A program made the position numbers and the translations under genes. DNA of 64,000 nt, from contig CBDFJR010000002.1 in assembly GCA_965248535.1 (NCBI GenBank), positions 1,760,001-1,824,000 on the forward strand. Direction: 5' to 3'. This document shows positions 48,401-58,043 of this stretch, one piece after another; within the stretch, counting starts at the first letter, position 1, and the number at the start of each line of letters is the position of its first letter. Source of the DNA: Phormidesmis sp. GTDB taxonomy: Bacteria; Cyanobacteriota; Cyanobacteriia; Leptolyngbyales; Leptolyngbyaceae. The notes under the pieces are model-generated. The model was not told where the DNA came from. It worked only from the letters and a program-made list of their open reading frames with translations, and did no database searches.

Positions 48401-50414
48401 CCCAATTGAGGTTTCCCAGCAGATCTTCTTCTTCACCCTGCCAGGTCTTGACTCTGACTGGGGTTTGGCGATGTTGGTGAATCAGTTGGTCTAGGGCTAC
48501 TAAGCAAGCCATTGACGCAGGTGTGCTAAACCTAACGGGTGAAGTCGGTTCTGGAGTAACGATCGGGGTTAATTCCTCCACAGCCACTAACCCTAGCGCG
48601 TCGGTTAAGGTGGCTGCTTTCGTTTCAGGTTCTAGGATAGTTGTCAACAATTGTTCTTCAGTAACCGTTGGTTTTGATCGCTGCGCCTGATAAGCGATCG
48701 CTAGCTGGCGACAAGGGTCAACCGTTCTCTGACTCAACACCAACTCGCGCAACAGTTCCAATCCGGCTTGTCGCTGGGGGGCTTGTTTGGCTGCCAACAG
48801 TCGTTGGGCAGACGCGATCGCTAGTTCATCAGGTTGATTGAGCAACAATCCTAAAATCCCGCGCCGCAGATCACTGGCTTTGCGGGTCATCAACTGTTCA
48901 ACTAGAGTGCTTTCGGCGATCGTGATCGTGCATTGATGCAATAGTCTAATCACAGCTTGTCGCACCCACTGACTAGCATCGCCAACTAGCCTAAACAGCG
49001 TCTCTCGAATCTCTGCATCCCACGGCTGCACGGCTGCCAACAATTGCGCCACTTCCTGACGTTTATACGCATCCATGACTGATAAAAATGGAATTAATCG
49101 TTTTGGCGATCGGGTTCCTAAATGATTCACCATCGCGGTTGCAACCAGTTCCTGGCTTGATTCCAGTCGTATCCAGTCCCACACGATCGTAGCAATTTTC
49201 GGCTTTTCAGGAAACCGCAGCAAATTGTTCTCTAATTGCTCAAATACTTCAGAGATCTTCATCACCTCATCTGAACAGTAGCGAAATGCCTGAACTGCAT
49301 GAGTTGCAACCCGCAAATCTGGATCGTTAACCGCCTCTATCAAGGCTAATCGCGCTGGTGTCACGTCTAACTGAGTTAGGAAATGAACGGCAACAAAGCG
49401 ATGAGTCGGTTCAGAACGTTGCAACAGAGGAACCGCGATATTGATGGCCGCGATCGCGTCTCTAAACCCAAAACTCCAGAGTGCTAAATAAACCGTTTGC
49501 GGATTAGAACTCTCTAACGCAGCTTGCCGAACTGTTTCGTCGCCCAACAACTCGCTGACTTGAGTCAAAATTTGTTTAGCTAGCTTCTCGTTGAGCGACT
49601 CTAAGCCAAAGCCAAACCAGACATCGATCGCCCGAATCACGGCACTAAATCGAGTTAGATTCTCGGCCACAATCAGCTTTAGCATTCGCTCAAAGGCGAT
49701 CGGGTGGGCTTCATCAATTGTTTCTAAAATTGTTTGTCGCAAACCCTCTTGTCGCTGCGCGGCTAACAACAACCGCTCAACAAACTCCCAGCCTTCGGGT
49801 CGATTGGCTACCAGCAACCCACGAGTAATATGCCGCCCCATTGCCCCAATCTCATGCTCTCCTTGAGCCGAGTCGAGCAAAATTTGAGTAATGCGTTGCC
49901 CTGGCTCATCGCCTTGATCAATTGCGGCTGCAAACAAGATCCCAAACGCATCCATGCCCCTTCGCAGATAAGGAACCCAAGCTGCAAACCACGCTAGATC
50001 TTGATCATATCCCTCGACTGTCTCAATCAGAATTTGGAGCCAACTGTTCCTACTTTGCTGAAACTGCGGGTGATGCGGAGCGCGAAACGATCGCCGACTA
50101 TAGCCCGATTGGTAGGGCAACTGAGCATGATGATGCCAAGCCGCCGCCACGATCGCGCCAAACTTGGGGAACAAACCATTAAAAATCGGTGTGAGATCGT
50201 CAACACTGTCCAACTGTTGCAGCGCGGTTTCTCGGTACTTATGAACTAACTGATAGTCTGTTGACGAATGACCCTGTGCATCACAACCTAACAACCCATA
50301 AGCGATCGGGCGCATCGAGTCAGGCAAGTCCGCTATGTGTTGAAGTCGTAGCGATCGCCAATTTTTGTCATAAACCTGCTTCAGTTGAGCTTGGGCAACT
50401 TCATGATTCAGCAT
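45453..50414 (-). CDS. Giant HEAT-repeat DUF5724/DUF4132-type protein
   Basis: 1653 aa. AAQRQEGLRQ.ILE, HEAT-like repeats, FGSQRQASE, NLARTAG, QPFKQVFRELY, SEVMRDLDL, YSIHLGS, FLPFVDNDP. Confidence 0.8.
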   Translation of the reverse strand: MLNHEVAQAQLKQVYDKNWRSLRLQHIADLPDSMRPIAYGLLGCDAQGHSSTDYQLVHKYRETALQQLDSVDDLTPIFNGLFPKFGAIVAAAWHHHAQLPYQSGYSRRSFRAPHHPQFQQSRNSWLQILIETVEGYDQDLAWFAAWVPYLRRGMDAFGILFAAAIDQGDEPGQRITQILLDSAQGEHEIGAMGRHITRGLLVANRPEGWEFVERLLLAAQRQEGLRQTILETIDEAHPIAFERMLKLIVAENLTRFSAVIRAIDVWFGFGLESLNEKLAKQILTQVSELLGDETVRQAALESSNPQTVYLALWSFGFRDAIAAINIAVPLLQRSEPTHRFVAVHFLTQLDVTPARLALIEAVNDPDLRVATHAVQAFRYCSDEVMKISEVFEQLENNLLRFPEKPKIATIVWDWIRLESSQELVATAMVNHLGTRSPKRLIPFLSVMDAYKRQEVAQLLAAVQPWDAEIRETLFRLVGDASQWVRQAVIRLLHQCTITIAESTLVEQLMTRKASDLRRGILGLLLNQPDELAIASAQRLLAAKQAPQRQAGLELLRELVLSQRTVDPCRQLAIAYQAQRSKPTVTEEQLLTTILEPETKAATLTDALGLVAVEELTPIVTPEPTSPVRFSTPASMACLVALDQLIHQHRQTPVRVKTWQGEEEDLLGNLNWGFSDIDPHLSRSENVANLPLSDVWENWWQQRTPELRDDDELELFRAISPALEHRDQDDLSDVEDQEILNSLQITLENLVEPLFESLQYPYIVRSIVKWLIYLHPPQKSSEFILNAIAQILQVIPISDLSTHPEWHNNHYWGFRNRVNGFITAWIRHAQVYEFLISEDQQQVYRVRWWQLACWVDRWVPSHYAITTLWDVYRAYQAGEAKEADLIFHLVGAPEPDRAAHDLTQSSLAEAKATFRTSFLELAELTRRKPQAHYEAFSYLFEIADRVRQRILAVELQRGDFPTAASSAACALRSLTGIPTVIQLIQALGSEKPVRGYSYNNLSKAAVLSHLMRVSFPASDDTPEEFKQRVVSAQISDEKLIQFAFYAPQWVNYVEHSLGWAGFADAVWWIHAHTKDTSWSVEPDIRETWAAQISERTPLSNQSLMDGAVDVAWFLSLRKRLKKEHWQQIYEMAQFASSGAGHQRAKLFADAMLGNLDAGEVRDRITQKRHQDAVRALGLLPLPKGKKRGPELLDRYQLLQEFLRSGKAFGSQRQASEKLAVEIGLENLARTAGFVDPQRLQWAMEAAAVADLVGQAQTITIDSTTVSLSISAIGEPEIAVSKAGKPLKAIPAKLRKDLQIQALTSRKQDIIKQASRMRISLEKAMCRGDRFSVDELIQLCNHPVLAPMLSQLILVSDPTEFGNTDRDLGYLEQTGLRHHDGTLRAIQSDTLQIAHPYDLLRSNEWTLWQQDCFNQSRAQPFKQVFRELYVLTAAEQSVTGSRRYEGHQVNPRQAIALFGQRGWIASPDQGVRRTFHTEGLIAEVDFLNGAYTPLEVEGLTIAEVRFYRRDEWKPLPLTDVPPALLSEVMRDLDLVVSVAHQGGVDPEATASTVEMRSTLVRETCRLLKLSNVQIQSQHILIEGHLGSYSIHLGSAMVHRQPGGALCIIPVSSQHRGRIFLPFVDNDPKTAEVISKVVLLSKDKEIQDPTILEQIL

Positions 50415-50468
50415 TTTTCAAAGGCTCCTACAAAAACAACGCAGCAGATCACCCTTTAGCCTTCCCAA

Positions 50469-50900
50469 TCACCCACCGACGAGCGGAACTAACCGCAAAA
50501 AAAGCAACTGCGATCGGGCTTTTAGTCTGACCCGCGTCTCCAGATCTTCGATCTGCTCGTCTTCTAAAAACACAAAATACAGTCCATCCACAAACGCTTG
50601 CAGTGCATTATCCACGGCGGTTTGACTATCAACGGCTTGATCTAGCTCACTGCCACCCGCGTCAATCTTGCCGTGTTCTACACCGAGTTGAATCTGATCA
50701 GGACTTAAAACTGTTAACAGTCGCCGTTGACTCTGACGAGCTTCAAACGCTGTGACCTCAGCTTGAACAATATGAGTGAGCAGCGATCGTAGGGTCATCT
50801 CTCCGTCACTCAACTCCGTTGGTAAAGACAATTCCCAACTGGCAAAAGCCGGGCGAGTTTTACCCATCACCTTCCCAGAAATTGTGAGTGTTGTTGTCAT
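50469..50900 (-). CDS. Hypothetical protein with ubiquitin-like (beta-grasp) features and C-terminal GG
   Basis: 143 aa ending FVFLEDEQIEDLETRVRLKARSQLLFLRLVPLVGG; co-oriented 54 bp upstream of the giant gene. Confidence 0.7.
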   Translation of the reverse strand: MTTTLTISGKVMGKTRPAFASWELSLPTELSDGEMTLRSLLTHIVQAEVTAFEARQSQRRLLTVLSPDQIQLGVEHGKIDAGGSELDQAVDSQTAVDNALQAFVDGLYFVFLEDEQIEDLETRVRLKARSQLLFLRLVPLVGG

Positions 50901-51065
50901 AAAAAGAAAATTAATTTAGATCAATTGTACTATAAGTTTGTTCGTCTTGAAGTCCGATAATCTTCAGATTGCCTGATCTTAGTCCTTCTCTCTAACCCGT
51001 TTCATGGCATGATTTCAGAGTCACACCGCTTTTGACACGAGAGCGATCGCACCCAGCCATTTGCC

Positions 51066-51416
51066 ATGAGCGAAACTAACGACACTATTTTCGGCAAGAT
51101 CATCCGCAGAGAGATTCCGGCCGATATTGTTTATGAAGACAATCTCGCCTTGGCCTTTCGTGACGTAAATCCCCAAGCGCCTGTGCATATTTTGGTGATT
51201 CCTAAACAAGCGATCGCTAAACTCTCAGACGCAGACTCTCCAGACCACGCTTTAATGGGGCACCTGCTGCTAACGGCAAAGCGAGTCGCCCAACAAGTCG
51301 GACTCACCAACGGCTATCGCGTCGTGATTAACACAGGCGAAGAGGGCGGACAAACCGTTAATCACCTGCATTTGCATATCCTTGGGGGTCGCCCAATGAC
51401 GTGGCCTCCTGGTTAG
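51066..51416 (+). CDS. hinT: Histidine triad nucleotide-binding protein (HIT/Hint)
   Basis: TIFGKII, PQAPVHILVIPK, GQTVNHLHLHILGG. Confidence 0.93.
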   Translation: MSETNDTIFGKIIRREIPADIVYEDNLALAFRDVNPQAPVHILVIPKQAIAKLSDADSPDHALMGHLLLTAKRVAQQVGLTNGYRVVINTGEEGGQTVNHLHLHILGGRPMTWPPG

Positions 51417-51465
51417 GCAAACCCTTGCCCTAATGCGCTAGGATCTGGACAGAATCGGAGGAAAG

Positions 51466-52077
51466 ATCACGGTTTACACACGCCCCCTCGCTCGTTTAAT
51501 TGAGCACCTGCAACATCTCCCTGGTGTTGGCCCAAAAACTGCCCAACGGCTAGCGCTCCACATTCTCAAGCGCCCCGAAGAAGAAGTCAAAGCCCTCGCT
51601 CAAGCCCTCGTAGAAGCCAAGCTGCAAGTCGGCTTCTGTTCGGTCTGCTTTCACCTGTCGGCTGAACCTGTCTGTGATATCTGCCGCGCTCCCAACCGCG
51701 ACAGCAGCACGATTTGCGTTGTTGCTGACTCTAGAGACGTGATCGCGTTAGAAAAAACCCGTGAATATCGCGGGAAATATCACGTTTTGGGTGGGCTGAT
51801 CTCCCCGATCGATGGCATCGGCCCCGACCAGCTAAATATTCATGCGTTGCAGAGACGAGTCAGTCAGCAAAAGATCGACGAGGTAATTCTGGCGATCAGC
51901 CCCAGTGTAGAAGGTGAGACGACAACCTTGTTTGTGGGTCATTTGCTCAAGCCCTTTACCAGAGTGACGCGGATCGCCTTTGGTCTGCCGATGGGCGGCG
52001 ATTTAGAATATGCCGATGAGTTGACACTGGCCCGTGCGCTAGAGGGCCGACGAGATTTAGAGTTTGGCAGTCGCTAA
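51466..52077 (+). CDS. recR: Recombination mediator RecR (start upstream of the ORF-track call; non-canonical start codon)
   Basis: In-frame upstream translation [27 protein letters not shown], zinc finger CSVC..CDIC, Toprim YHVLGG, EGETT, LEYAD. Exact start is uncertain (51466-51472). Confidence 0.93.
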   Translation: MTVYTRPLARLIEHLQHLPGVGPKTAQRLALHILKRPEEEVKALAQALVEAKLQVGFCSVCFHLSAEPVCDICRAPNRDSSTICVVADSRDVIALEKTREYRGKYHVLGGLISPIDGIGPDQLNIHALQRRVSQQKIDEVILAISPSVEGETTTLFVGHLLKPFTRVTRIAFGLPMGGDLEYADELTLARALEGRRDLEFGSR

Positions 52078-52118
52078 CCCCGGCGAGTGAATTGCTCTAA
52101 CTAGTGGATAGTCTCAAG

Positions 52119-53120
52119 TCAAGAGGGTTCTATGCTGCCATCGGGTAGCGTGGCTCCTTGCAGCATGGCTCCGGTTAATAGGGCGCTGCTAAGTTCTGCC
52201 CCGGCTAAGTTTGCGCCGCGCAAATCAGCATCGCGTAAATCGGCTCGACCTAAATAAGCTTTGATTAACAGAGCTTCTACCAAAACTGCCTCTCGAAGAT
52301 TGGCATGATTAAACTCGGCGCGGTTGAGGCGCGATCGGGTCAGGTTTGCCCCTTGCAGATTGGTTTTGTGCATCGTTGCATCACTGAGGTTGGCATCGGT
52401 CAAATCAGCGCTTGACAAGTTTGCGTTATTTAACTGGGCGCGATTGAGTTTGCTGTTGCGTAATTTGGCCTGGCTAAAGTTTGCCTCCGTCAAAACCGCA
52501 TCGGTCAAAAACGTCCCGTTGAGCGTCGCGTCAGTCAAATTGGCCTCAGTGAGGTCGCCACTTCGCAGACTAGCTTCGCTGAGATTGGCTCCGGTGAGAT
52601 TGGCTCGACTCAGGTCAGCCCCGGCAAGGTTTGCCCCGCGCAGATCAGCCCCCCGCAAGTCAGCCCCCCGCAGGTTTGCCCCCCGATAGGCGCGTTTTTC
52701 TTCTCGCAAATTAGCCCCACGCAAGCAAGCTCCTCGCAGATCTGCGCCGCTAAAATTGACGTTTCGCAAATCGGCTTCTCTAAAATTTGCATCGAGTAAC
52801 GTTGCTAAACCCAGGTCAGCCCCGCGCAAATCAGCCCCATAGAGAATCGCTCCGTGGAGATCGGCATCGCGCAAATTGGCGTTGATCAAGTCTGCTTGGC
52901 TAAGATTTGCGCCACACAGTTTGGTGCCTTTGAGGTTGGCATGGTTGAGATTCGATCGGTTCAGATAGGCAAAAATTAAAATCGAGTGGTGCAGATCTGC
53001 ATGGGATAAATTTGCTCCAATTAAATCTGCTCCCGTCAGATTGATTCCACTCAGGTTTTCCCTAGCGAAATTCATCTCTCCCGATTCATAGCGCTTTAGT
53101 AGATCTTCACTATTCATCAT
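52119..53120 (-). CDS. Pentapeptide repeat protein
   Basis: Continuous A(D/N)Lxx repeats; ends GATLPDG. Confidence 0.95.
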   Translation of the reverse strand: MMNSEDLLKRYESGEMNFARENLSGINLTGADLIGANLSHADLHHSILIFAYLNRSNLNHANLKGTKLCGANLSQADLINANLRDADLHGAILYGADLRGADLGLATLLDANFREADLRNVNFSGADLRGACLRGANLREEKRAYRGANLRGADLRGADLRGANLAGADLSRANLTGANLSEASLRSGDLTEANLTDATLNGTFLTDAVLTEANFSQAKLRNSKLNRAQLNNANLSSADLTDANLSDATMHKTNLQGANLTRSRLNRAEFNHANLREAVLVEALLIKAYLGRADLRDADLRGANLAGAELSSALLTGAMLQGATLPDGSIEPS

Positions 53121-54235
53121 GCTCTCTTTTCGACCCTTGAAATGGATGGCGGGGGAGCAATCAAAACTTGCGTTGAGTCTGCCCGTGTGATGTCAGCCGC
53201 ACTGGTTTCCGAGGCTTGCTGCTGCTGTTGAAGCTCGGCATAACCAGGTTTGATGCTTTTAAAGATCACGCTGGCGACTTCGAGATAGTCTTCGGTTGGG
53301 CTTAAACAGTGGGCCATTTCTTCGAGCTTGACTTTCAACCCTTCTAAAGAGCTGGAGACGGCAGTGACACTGCGAAGCAGCCCTTCTAAACTGTAGAGTT
53401 TTAGGTTTGACCAATCCTGTTCTTTGCCCATGAAGGGATAGTAGAGCAGAGAAAACAGCAAAATTTTCGCCCGCAGAGGGTTAGCAAACTTGATGATCTC
53501 TAGGCGGATGTCAAAAAGGCTGACGGTGGAATCTGCAGTTTGGGTCGGCTGATTGGGAGTTTGAGAACACTGATCATGCGCCGATTCTGAAAGAAGAACC
53601 TCGTCTGCTTGCACATAGAGCTTGCCCATTTCTCGCAAAATCATGTTGGCGATCGGGGCATATTCCGTCGGCTTGTTGAGACTTTTGACGATCGCGGCCA
53701 GCCCGATTTGCAGGCTTTCGATCGTGGGATATTGATGAGCTAAGTCACTCACTAGGTTTTTGATGTCTGCTTGGGCAACTTTAATCGGGTCGGTTTCCCA
53801 ACATTTGCGAGCCGCGCAGATCATTAGTTTTTTGATGCGGCCGGAGTTTGCTTCCTGCTCTAAAGCCTGGGTGATCTGGGTCTGTAGCTCGCCCCCAATG
53901 CCGTCGAGCGGATTGGCATTGATCGTGGGTTTCTCGATCGCCGCCGCCGTTCTATATAACCCTGCTAGATTTTCGATAATCGTGTTGGCGACTTGCAGAT
54001 ATTCGTCTTGTTTGCTGAGGGTGCCCACCAAAAGGTTTAGCTTATATTGCAGATGCTCTAGCGTGGGATTGAGATAGCGCAACTCCTGCACCAGGTTTTG
54101 CAAGCTGATGACATTCAGGCGATCGAGATCATTCTCCCACCAGTTTTTGCAGGCGTATAGAATCAGCTTTTTAATTCGGACAGCATTTGCATCCTGCTCT
54201 AGCTGACCCACGATCGGAGCATATTGATCCGCCAT
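53117..54235 (-). CDS. Hypothetical protein with three internal helical repeats
   Basis: LEQDANAVRIKKLI..C..WEND and LEQEANSGRIKKLM.C..WETD, plus a third degenerate unit ANPLRAKILL; stop overlaps the pentapeptide gene start. Confidence 0.75.
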   Translation of the reverse strand: MADQYAPIVGQLEQDANAVRIKKLILYACKNWWENDLDRLNVISLQNLVQELRYLNPTLEHLQYKLNLLVGTLSKQDEYLQVANTIIENLAGLYRTAAAIEKPTINANPLDGIGGELQTQITQALEQEANSGRIKKLMICAARKCWETDPIKVAQADIKNLVSDLAHQYPTIESLQIGLAAIVKSLNKPTEYAPIANMILREMGKLYVQADEVLLSESAHDQCSQTPNQPTQTADSTVSLFDIRLEIIKFANPLRAKILLFSLLYYPFMGKEQDWSNLKLYSLEGLLRSVTAVSSSLEGLKVKLEEMAHCLSPTEDYLEVASVIFKSIKPGYAELQQQQQASETSAADITRADSTQVLIAPPPSISRVEKRA

Positions 54236-54314
54236 TAGTCAGAGTGGGTGGTGTAGGTGTGTGAGTTTAGGATGCCCGCCTATAAATTGCTTTTCACAGA
54301 ACGCTGCTTTTTGA

Positions 54315-55184
54315 TCAAGATTCTTCTGGCGGCTGACTCAGGGTTTTAGGTTCAGGCGGCGGCGAATTTTCTAGCAACTCTTCTTGAGGGGTTTGCATTG
54401 AGAATTCTAACAAGTCATCGGCTTTGGGTTGGCGAGATTCGGGCAGTTGCAGGCTGCTCTGAGTGGGGGCTAGAGCCTGAAGCTCTTGCTGAAGCTCTGG
54501 CAGGGCGACCAATTCTTTTTCGGTTTCTCTGAGTTCGATCGGGAGGCGCAAGGGCTGCAACTCTTCGATCCAACAGCTTGCCAGGGGCAGAGTTTGATCT
54601 AAATCTTCGAGGGCCCGAGGAATCACCATCACCGAGTGCAGTTCACCAATGCGTTCGGCTTCCTGCATTCCCACATCGATCGCCATAGCGACGTTGGCGA
54701 TCGTGCCGCGAATAATAGCGGTGCATAGCCCTGACCCGATCGTTTCGTAGGCCGTTAGCGTCACATCGGCAGATTTGAGCATCGCATCGGCTGCGCCCAC
54801 CATGGCCGGAAAGCCTCGCGTTTCGAGCAGACCCACTGCCTGATTGCGAAACGGATTGCCGTGTCGGCCTTTGGCAAGCTCGGCGAGTTTGGTGCCGATC
54901 GGCAGGACTGCTTCTAGGTTTGCCAGAGGGCGCGGCACAACGAGAGTAGAAACTTTTTGCCCAAACTGAGCGGCGAGATCGATCCCTTCCTGGACTGCTA
55001 GCCGCACATCTGAAATGCCACCCCGCACCACGGCGGTGCAGAATCCTCCGCCCGTTTTCTCGTAGCCCACCAGCGTCACATCTGAGGACTTGAGCATCAT
55101 ATCGGCAATGCCCACGATCGCCGGAAAGCTCTCGGTAGAGACAAGGCCCAGGGCCATATCAGTAAATCTGTCTAGACGATTCAT
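54315..55184 (-). CDS. ccmO: Carboxysome shell protein CcmO (tandem BMC domains)
   Basis: Two BMC domains (ALGLVST.SFP..ADMMLKS; AVGLLETRGFP..ADAMLKS); last gene of the ccm operon. Confidence 0.9.
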   Translation of the reverse strand: MNRLDRFTDMALGLVSTESFPAIVGIADMMLKSSDVTLVGYEKTGGGFCTAVVRGGISDVRLAVQEGIDLAAQFGQKVSTLVVPRPLANLEAVLPIGTKLAELAKGRHGNPFRNQAVGLLETRGFPAMVGAADAMLKSADVTLTAYETIGSGLCTAIIRGTIANVAMAIDVGMQEAERIGELHSVMVIPRALEDLDQTLPLASCWIEELQPLRLPIELRETEKELVALPELQQELQALAPTQSSLQLPESRQPKADDLLEFSMQTPQEELLENSPPPEPKTLSQPPEES

Positions 55185-55355
55185 CAGCGAAAGGGTGACA
55201 GGGCAGTTCTTATACCTTCAATCTTAACGGGTCTGTAAAGCTCTTCAGTCCTGTTTTGGCTGCTGATCTGAGGGAGAGCGATCAAAGATTAAACCTCGTT
55301 GTCTGAAGTCCAGGCAATGGGCATGGCGCGCTGTATCCTTTTGCCAATTCCGGTT

Positions 55356-55972
55356 TTATGAACCATTCCTTTGATTTTGAGGAAACAGCTTGACGAGAAG
55401 ATTATTCACATAAGACTGTCCATAAACATTGGCGATCGCCGCCGGGTCTGGTTCAGACGATGCGTGCTCAGGAGGCGGAGTTGGGGCGGGTAGCTCTTCG
55501 GGTAAGGCTTCTGGCTCAGAAGCAGCTTGAGGCTCACTCCAGGGATCGGGAGGCCCATCCACCACGGGTGCTGCTTGAGTTTGAGCAACGTCTTTTTGAG
55601 AAGAGCGTCTAGGGGACGGCTGCGATCGCCCACGAGAGAACCCGACGCAACCAGCGCCCCCGCAGCAATGACGCTCTCTAAAATTGTGGTGGCTGCGCCG
55701 ATGCAGGCCCGATCGCCGATCGTCACCTGACCCACGAGCAAAACGCCTGCCCCTAGGCTCACCCCCGCTCCGACGTTCAGAATGCCTTCGTGGACGCGCA
55801 AAACTGAGCCAATGCCAATGCAGACTCCAGCGCCAATGATGATCTGGCTACCAGGGTCTGCAAGCAGCAAAACACCCGGCGCGATCGTGACCCCTTCGTG
55901 AATGGTGACATCGCCACTAATCAGATAATGGGCAGTGTCGATCGGACATAGTTGCAGCGGCAAAAAGTGCAT
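55356..55972 (-). CDS. ccmN: Carboxysome assembly protein CcmN, split by a -1 frameshift (about 55565-55615)
   Basis: Hexapeptide domain in ORF 55406-55972. The Pro-rich linker and encapsulation peptide VYGQSYVNNLLVKLFP are in the other frame, ending at 55356. Confidence 0.88.
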
Positions 55973-56045
55973 CGTTCAAAATTTTGAGTTTTAGAGTCAG
56001 AGCTTTAAATTGACGGGCAACCCAAAACTCAAACTCCAAAACAAG

Positions 56046-58043
56046 TTACTTTCCAGCTTTTTGAATCACAAGCTCAACTAGGCGGCGCTTTGCCTTAGGA
56101 TCGGTGCCCACCAAGCGCACATAGTGACCCGCATAGTCAGACAGCGCAGACTCAAGAGCGGCGATCGCCTGAGACTCAGAATTAGCTTGAATCGATGCCC
56201 CTGTCTGCCAAGCCCCGCCCTTATAGCGACGCACATCGGCATATTCTAAGCCCAGTCGAGCGCCCTGACGCACTAGCTGACGCACCTGATCGAGAGCCTC
56301 ACTACTAAGCTTTTGGCTGCCTTGAGCAGAATTGGTCGGAGAGAACCCTTTTGACGCAGATGGAGCGTAGACCGGAGGATCAAGCACTAGAGACGTTTCG
56401 GGCGTTTTGCCAGGACGATGAATCACGGTTTCTAGCACTCGCTTTTTAGCTTGAGTGTCAACGCCCACCAGCCGGACATAGTGACCACGATGCTCTCCGA
56501 TAAACGATTCTAGGGCCGCGATCGCTTCCCCTTCTGATCGCGTGTGGATCAACGGCGCGCTGCTCCAAGAATTGATCTTAAATCGCCGCTCATCGGCAAA
56601 CTCTAGCCCGATCGCCGACCCTTGAGACAGCAACTGACGCACTTGTTCGCCAACGCTGCCATCAGTGCGAACTGCGCTATGGCTCGCCGCCGCTCCATTG
56701 TGGGCAGGTCGTGCAGCCGAATCAGAAATATGCTGCTTGCTAGACGGCCGCTGCACGATCGACTCTAAAACTCGCTGCTTGGCTTTGGGGTCAATGCCGA
56801 TAATCCGCACATATTCGCCCGCGTGATCTGCCATACACGCCTGCACTTCAGCCAAAATTCCCGACTCGTTGGTTGCCTGAACGGTCGCGCTTTTCCACGA
56901 ACTGGTTTGAAACCGTCGCTCATCGGCAAACTCAAGCCCAATCCGCCCGCCTTTGCTTAAGACTTGACGAATCTGAGCCACGACAGAGCCTTCGATCGCG
57001 CCGTTTGAGGCTGCATGACCATTGCCATTGCCGTTGCTAGAACTATAAGACGGGGACGAATAGCTGCTCGACGCACCGTTAGAAAGCTTGGTGGGTGCCG
57101 CACCAGGACGCTGAATAATCGTTTCTAGCACCCGTTTTTTGGCTTTGGTGTCAATGCCGATTAGCCGCACATAGTCGCCGCTGTGCTCCTGCATACAAGA
57201 GTCGAGAGCAGACAAAACCTCAGACTCGCGATTAGACTGAATGGTCGCGCAGCTTTTCCAAGAACTGATCTTAAAGCGTCGCTCGTCAGCGTGCTCAGTG
57301 CCAATTCGATATCCTTGAGCCAGCAGTTGACGCACGTGCTCAATTACGCCACCATTGCCCAAACCATTGGCAGAGCGGCTAGAAACGTTAGAAGTAGATT
57401 GATTCATTGGGGTGTTAGCCATCTCATTTCTGATTGGGGCAATACAAGCGATATTGTCAGCACAGCGATAACCCGATCGCAGCGCATCGTTGATATGAAT
57501 AATGTGTGAAGCAAACTTAACATCGGCTTCTTGCACGTTGGGTAGGCGGTCAGCCTGCTGCTGGCTCGTGATCACCGCTCCCGAAGGCACATACTTTCCG
57601 GGCGGAATCTCAACATCTTGCACCAGCGCGTGCATCATCACAACACTGCCATGACCCACCCGTGCATTAAACACTGTCGAGCGAAACCCGATAAAACAAT
57701 CGTCGCCCACATAAGCAGGGCCGTGGATCAGCGCCATGTGAGTCAGCGAAGACCGATCTCCCACCCAGATTGAATAGGGTTCGCCATCATCTCCGGCCAC
57801 TCTGCCCTGCTCTAACCCGTGCAGCACCACCCCATCTTGAATATTGGTGTCGTCGCCAATGTGGAACGGATGCCCCTCATCAGCACGAATTGAAGTGCCC
57901 GGCGCAATCATCACGTTTTCGCCCACTCTCACGTCTCCAATGATGTTAGAGAAGGAGTGGACGTAGGCGGTATGGTGAATGTCGGGTTCGGCGAGATCCT
58001 GTGACCAGGGCGTGGGCGGAGCCGCAAAACTACGGACTGCCAT
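56046..58043 (-). CDS. ccmM: Carboxysome protein CcmM (gamma-CA domain plus four RbcS-like SSUL repeats)
   Basis: [14 protein letters not shown] start at 58043 with AGGAG Shine-Dalgarno; four G.E.AD.RR(F/Y)..W repeats. Confidence 0.97.
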   Translation of the reverse strand: MAVRSFAAPPTPWSQDLAEPDIHHTAYVHSFSNIIGDVRVGENVMIAPGTSIRADEGHPFHIGDDTNIQDGVVLHGLEQGRVAGDDGEPYSIWVGDRSSLTHMALIHGPAYVGDDCFIGFRSTVFNARVGHGSVVMMHALVQDVEIPPGKYVPSGAVITSQQQADRLPNVQEADVKFASHIIHINDALRSGYRCADNIACIAPIRNEMANTPMNQSTSNVSSRSANGLGNGGVIEHVRQLLAQGYRIGTEHADERRFKISSWKSCATIQSNRESEVLSALDSCMQEHSGDYVRLIGIDTKAKKRVLETIIQRPGAAPTKLSNGASSSYSSPSYSSSNGNGNGHAASNGAIEGSVVAQIRQVLSKGGRIGLEFADERRFQTSSWKSATVQATNESGILAEVQACMADHAGEYVRIIGIDPKAKQRVLESIVQRPSSKQHISDSAARPAHNGAAASHSAVRTDGSVGEQVRQLLSQGSAIGLEFADERRFKINSWSSAPLIHTRSEGEAIAALESFIGEHRGHYVRLVGVDTQAKKRVLETVIHRPGKTPETSLVLDPPVYAPSASKGFSPTNSAQGSQKLSSEALDQVRQLVRQGARLGLEYADVRRYKGGAWQTGASIQANSESQAIAALESALSDYAGHYVRLVGTDPKAKRRLVELVIQKAGK

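Noticed and set aside
51739..52077. 112-aa ORF as a truncated recR pseudogene
   Set aside because: The frame is open and conserved upstream to about 51466, so the gene is intact.
52119..53120. 15-bp periodic DNA repeats resembling an array
   Set aside because: Fully explained by pentapeptide-repeat coding.
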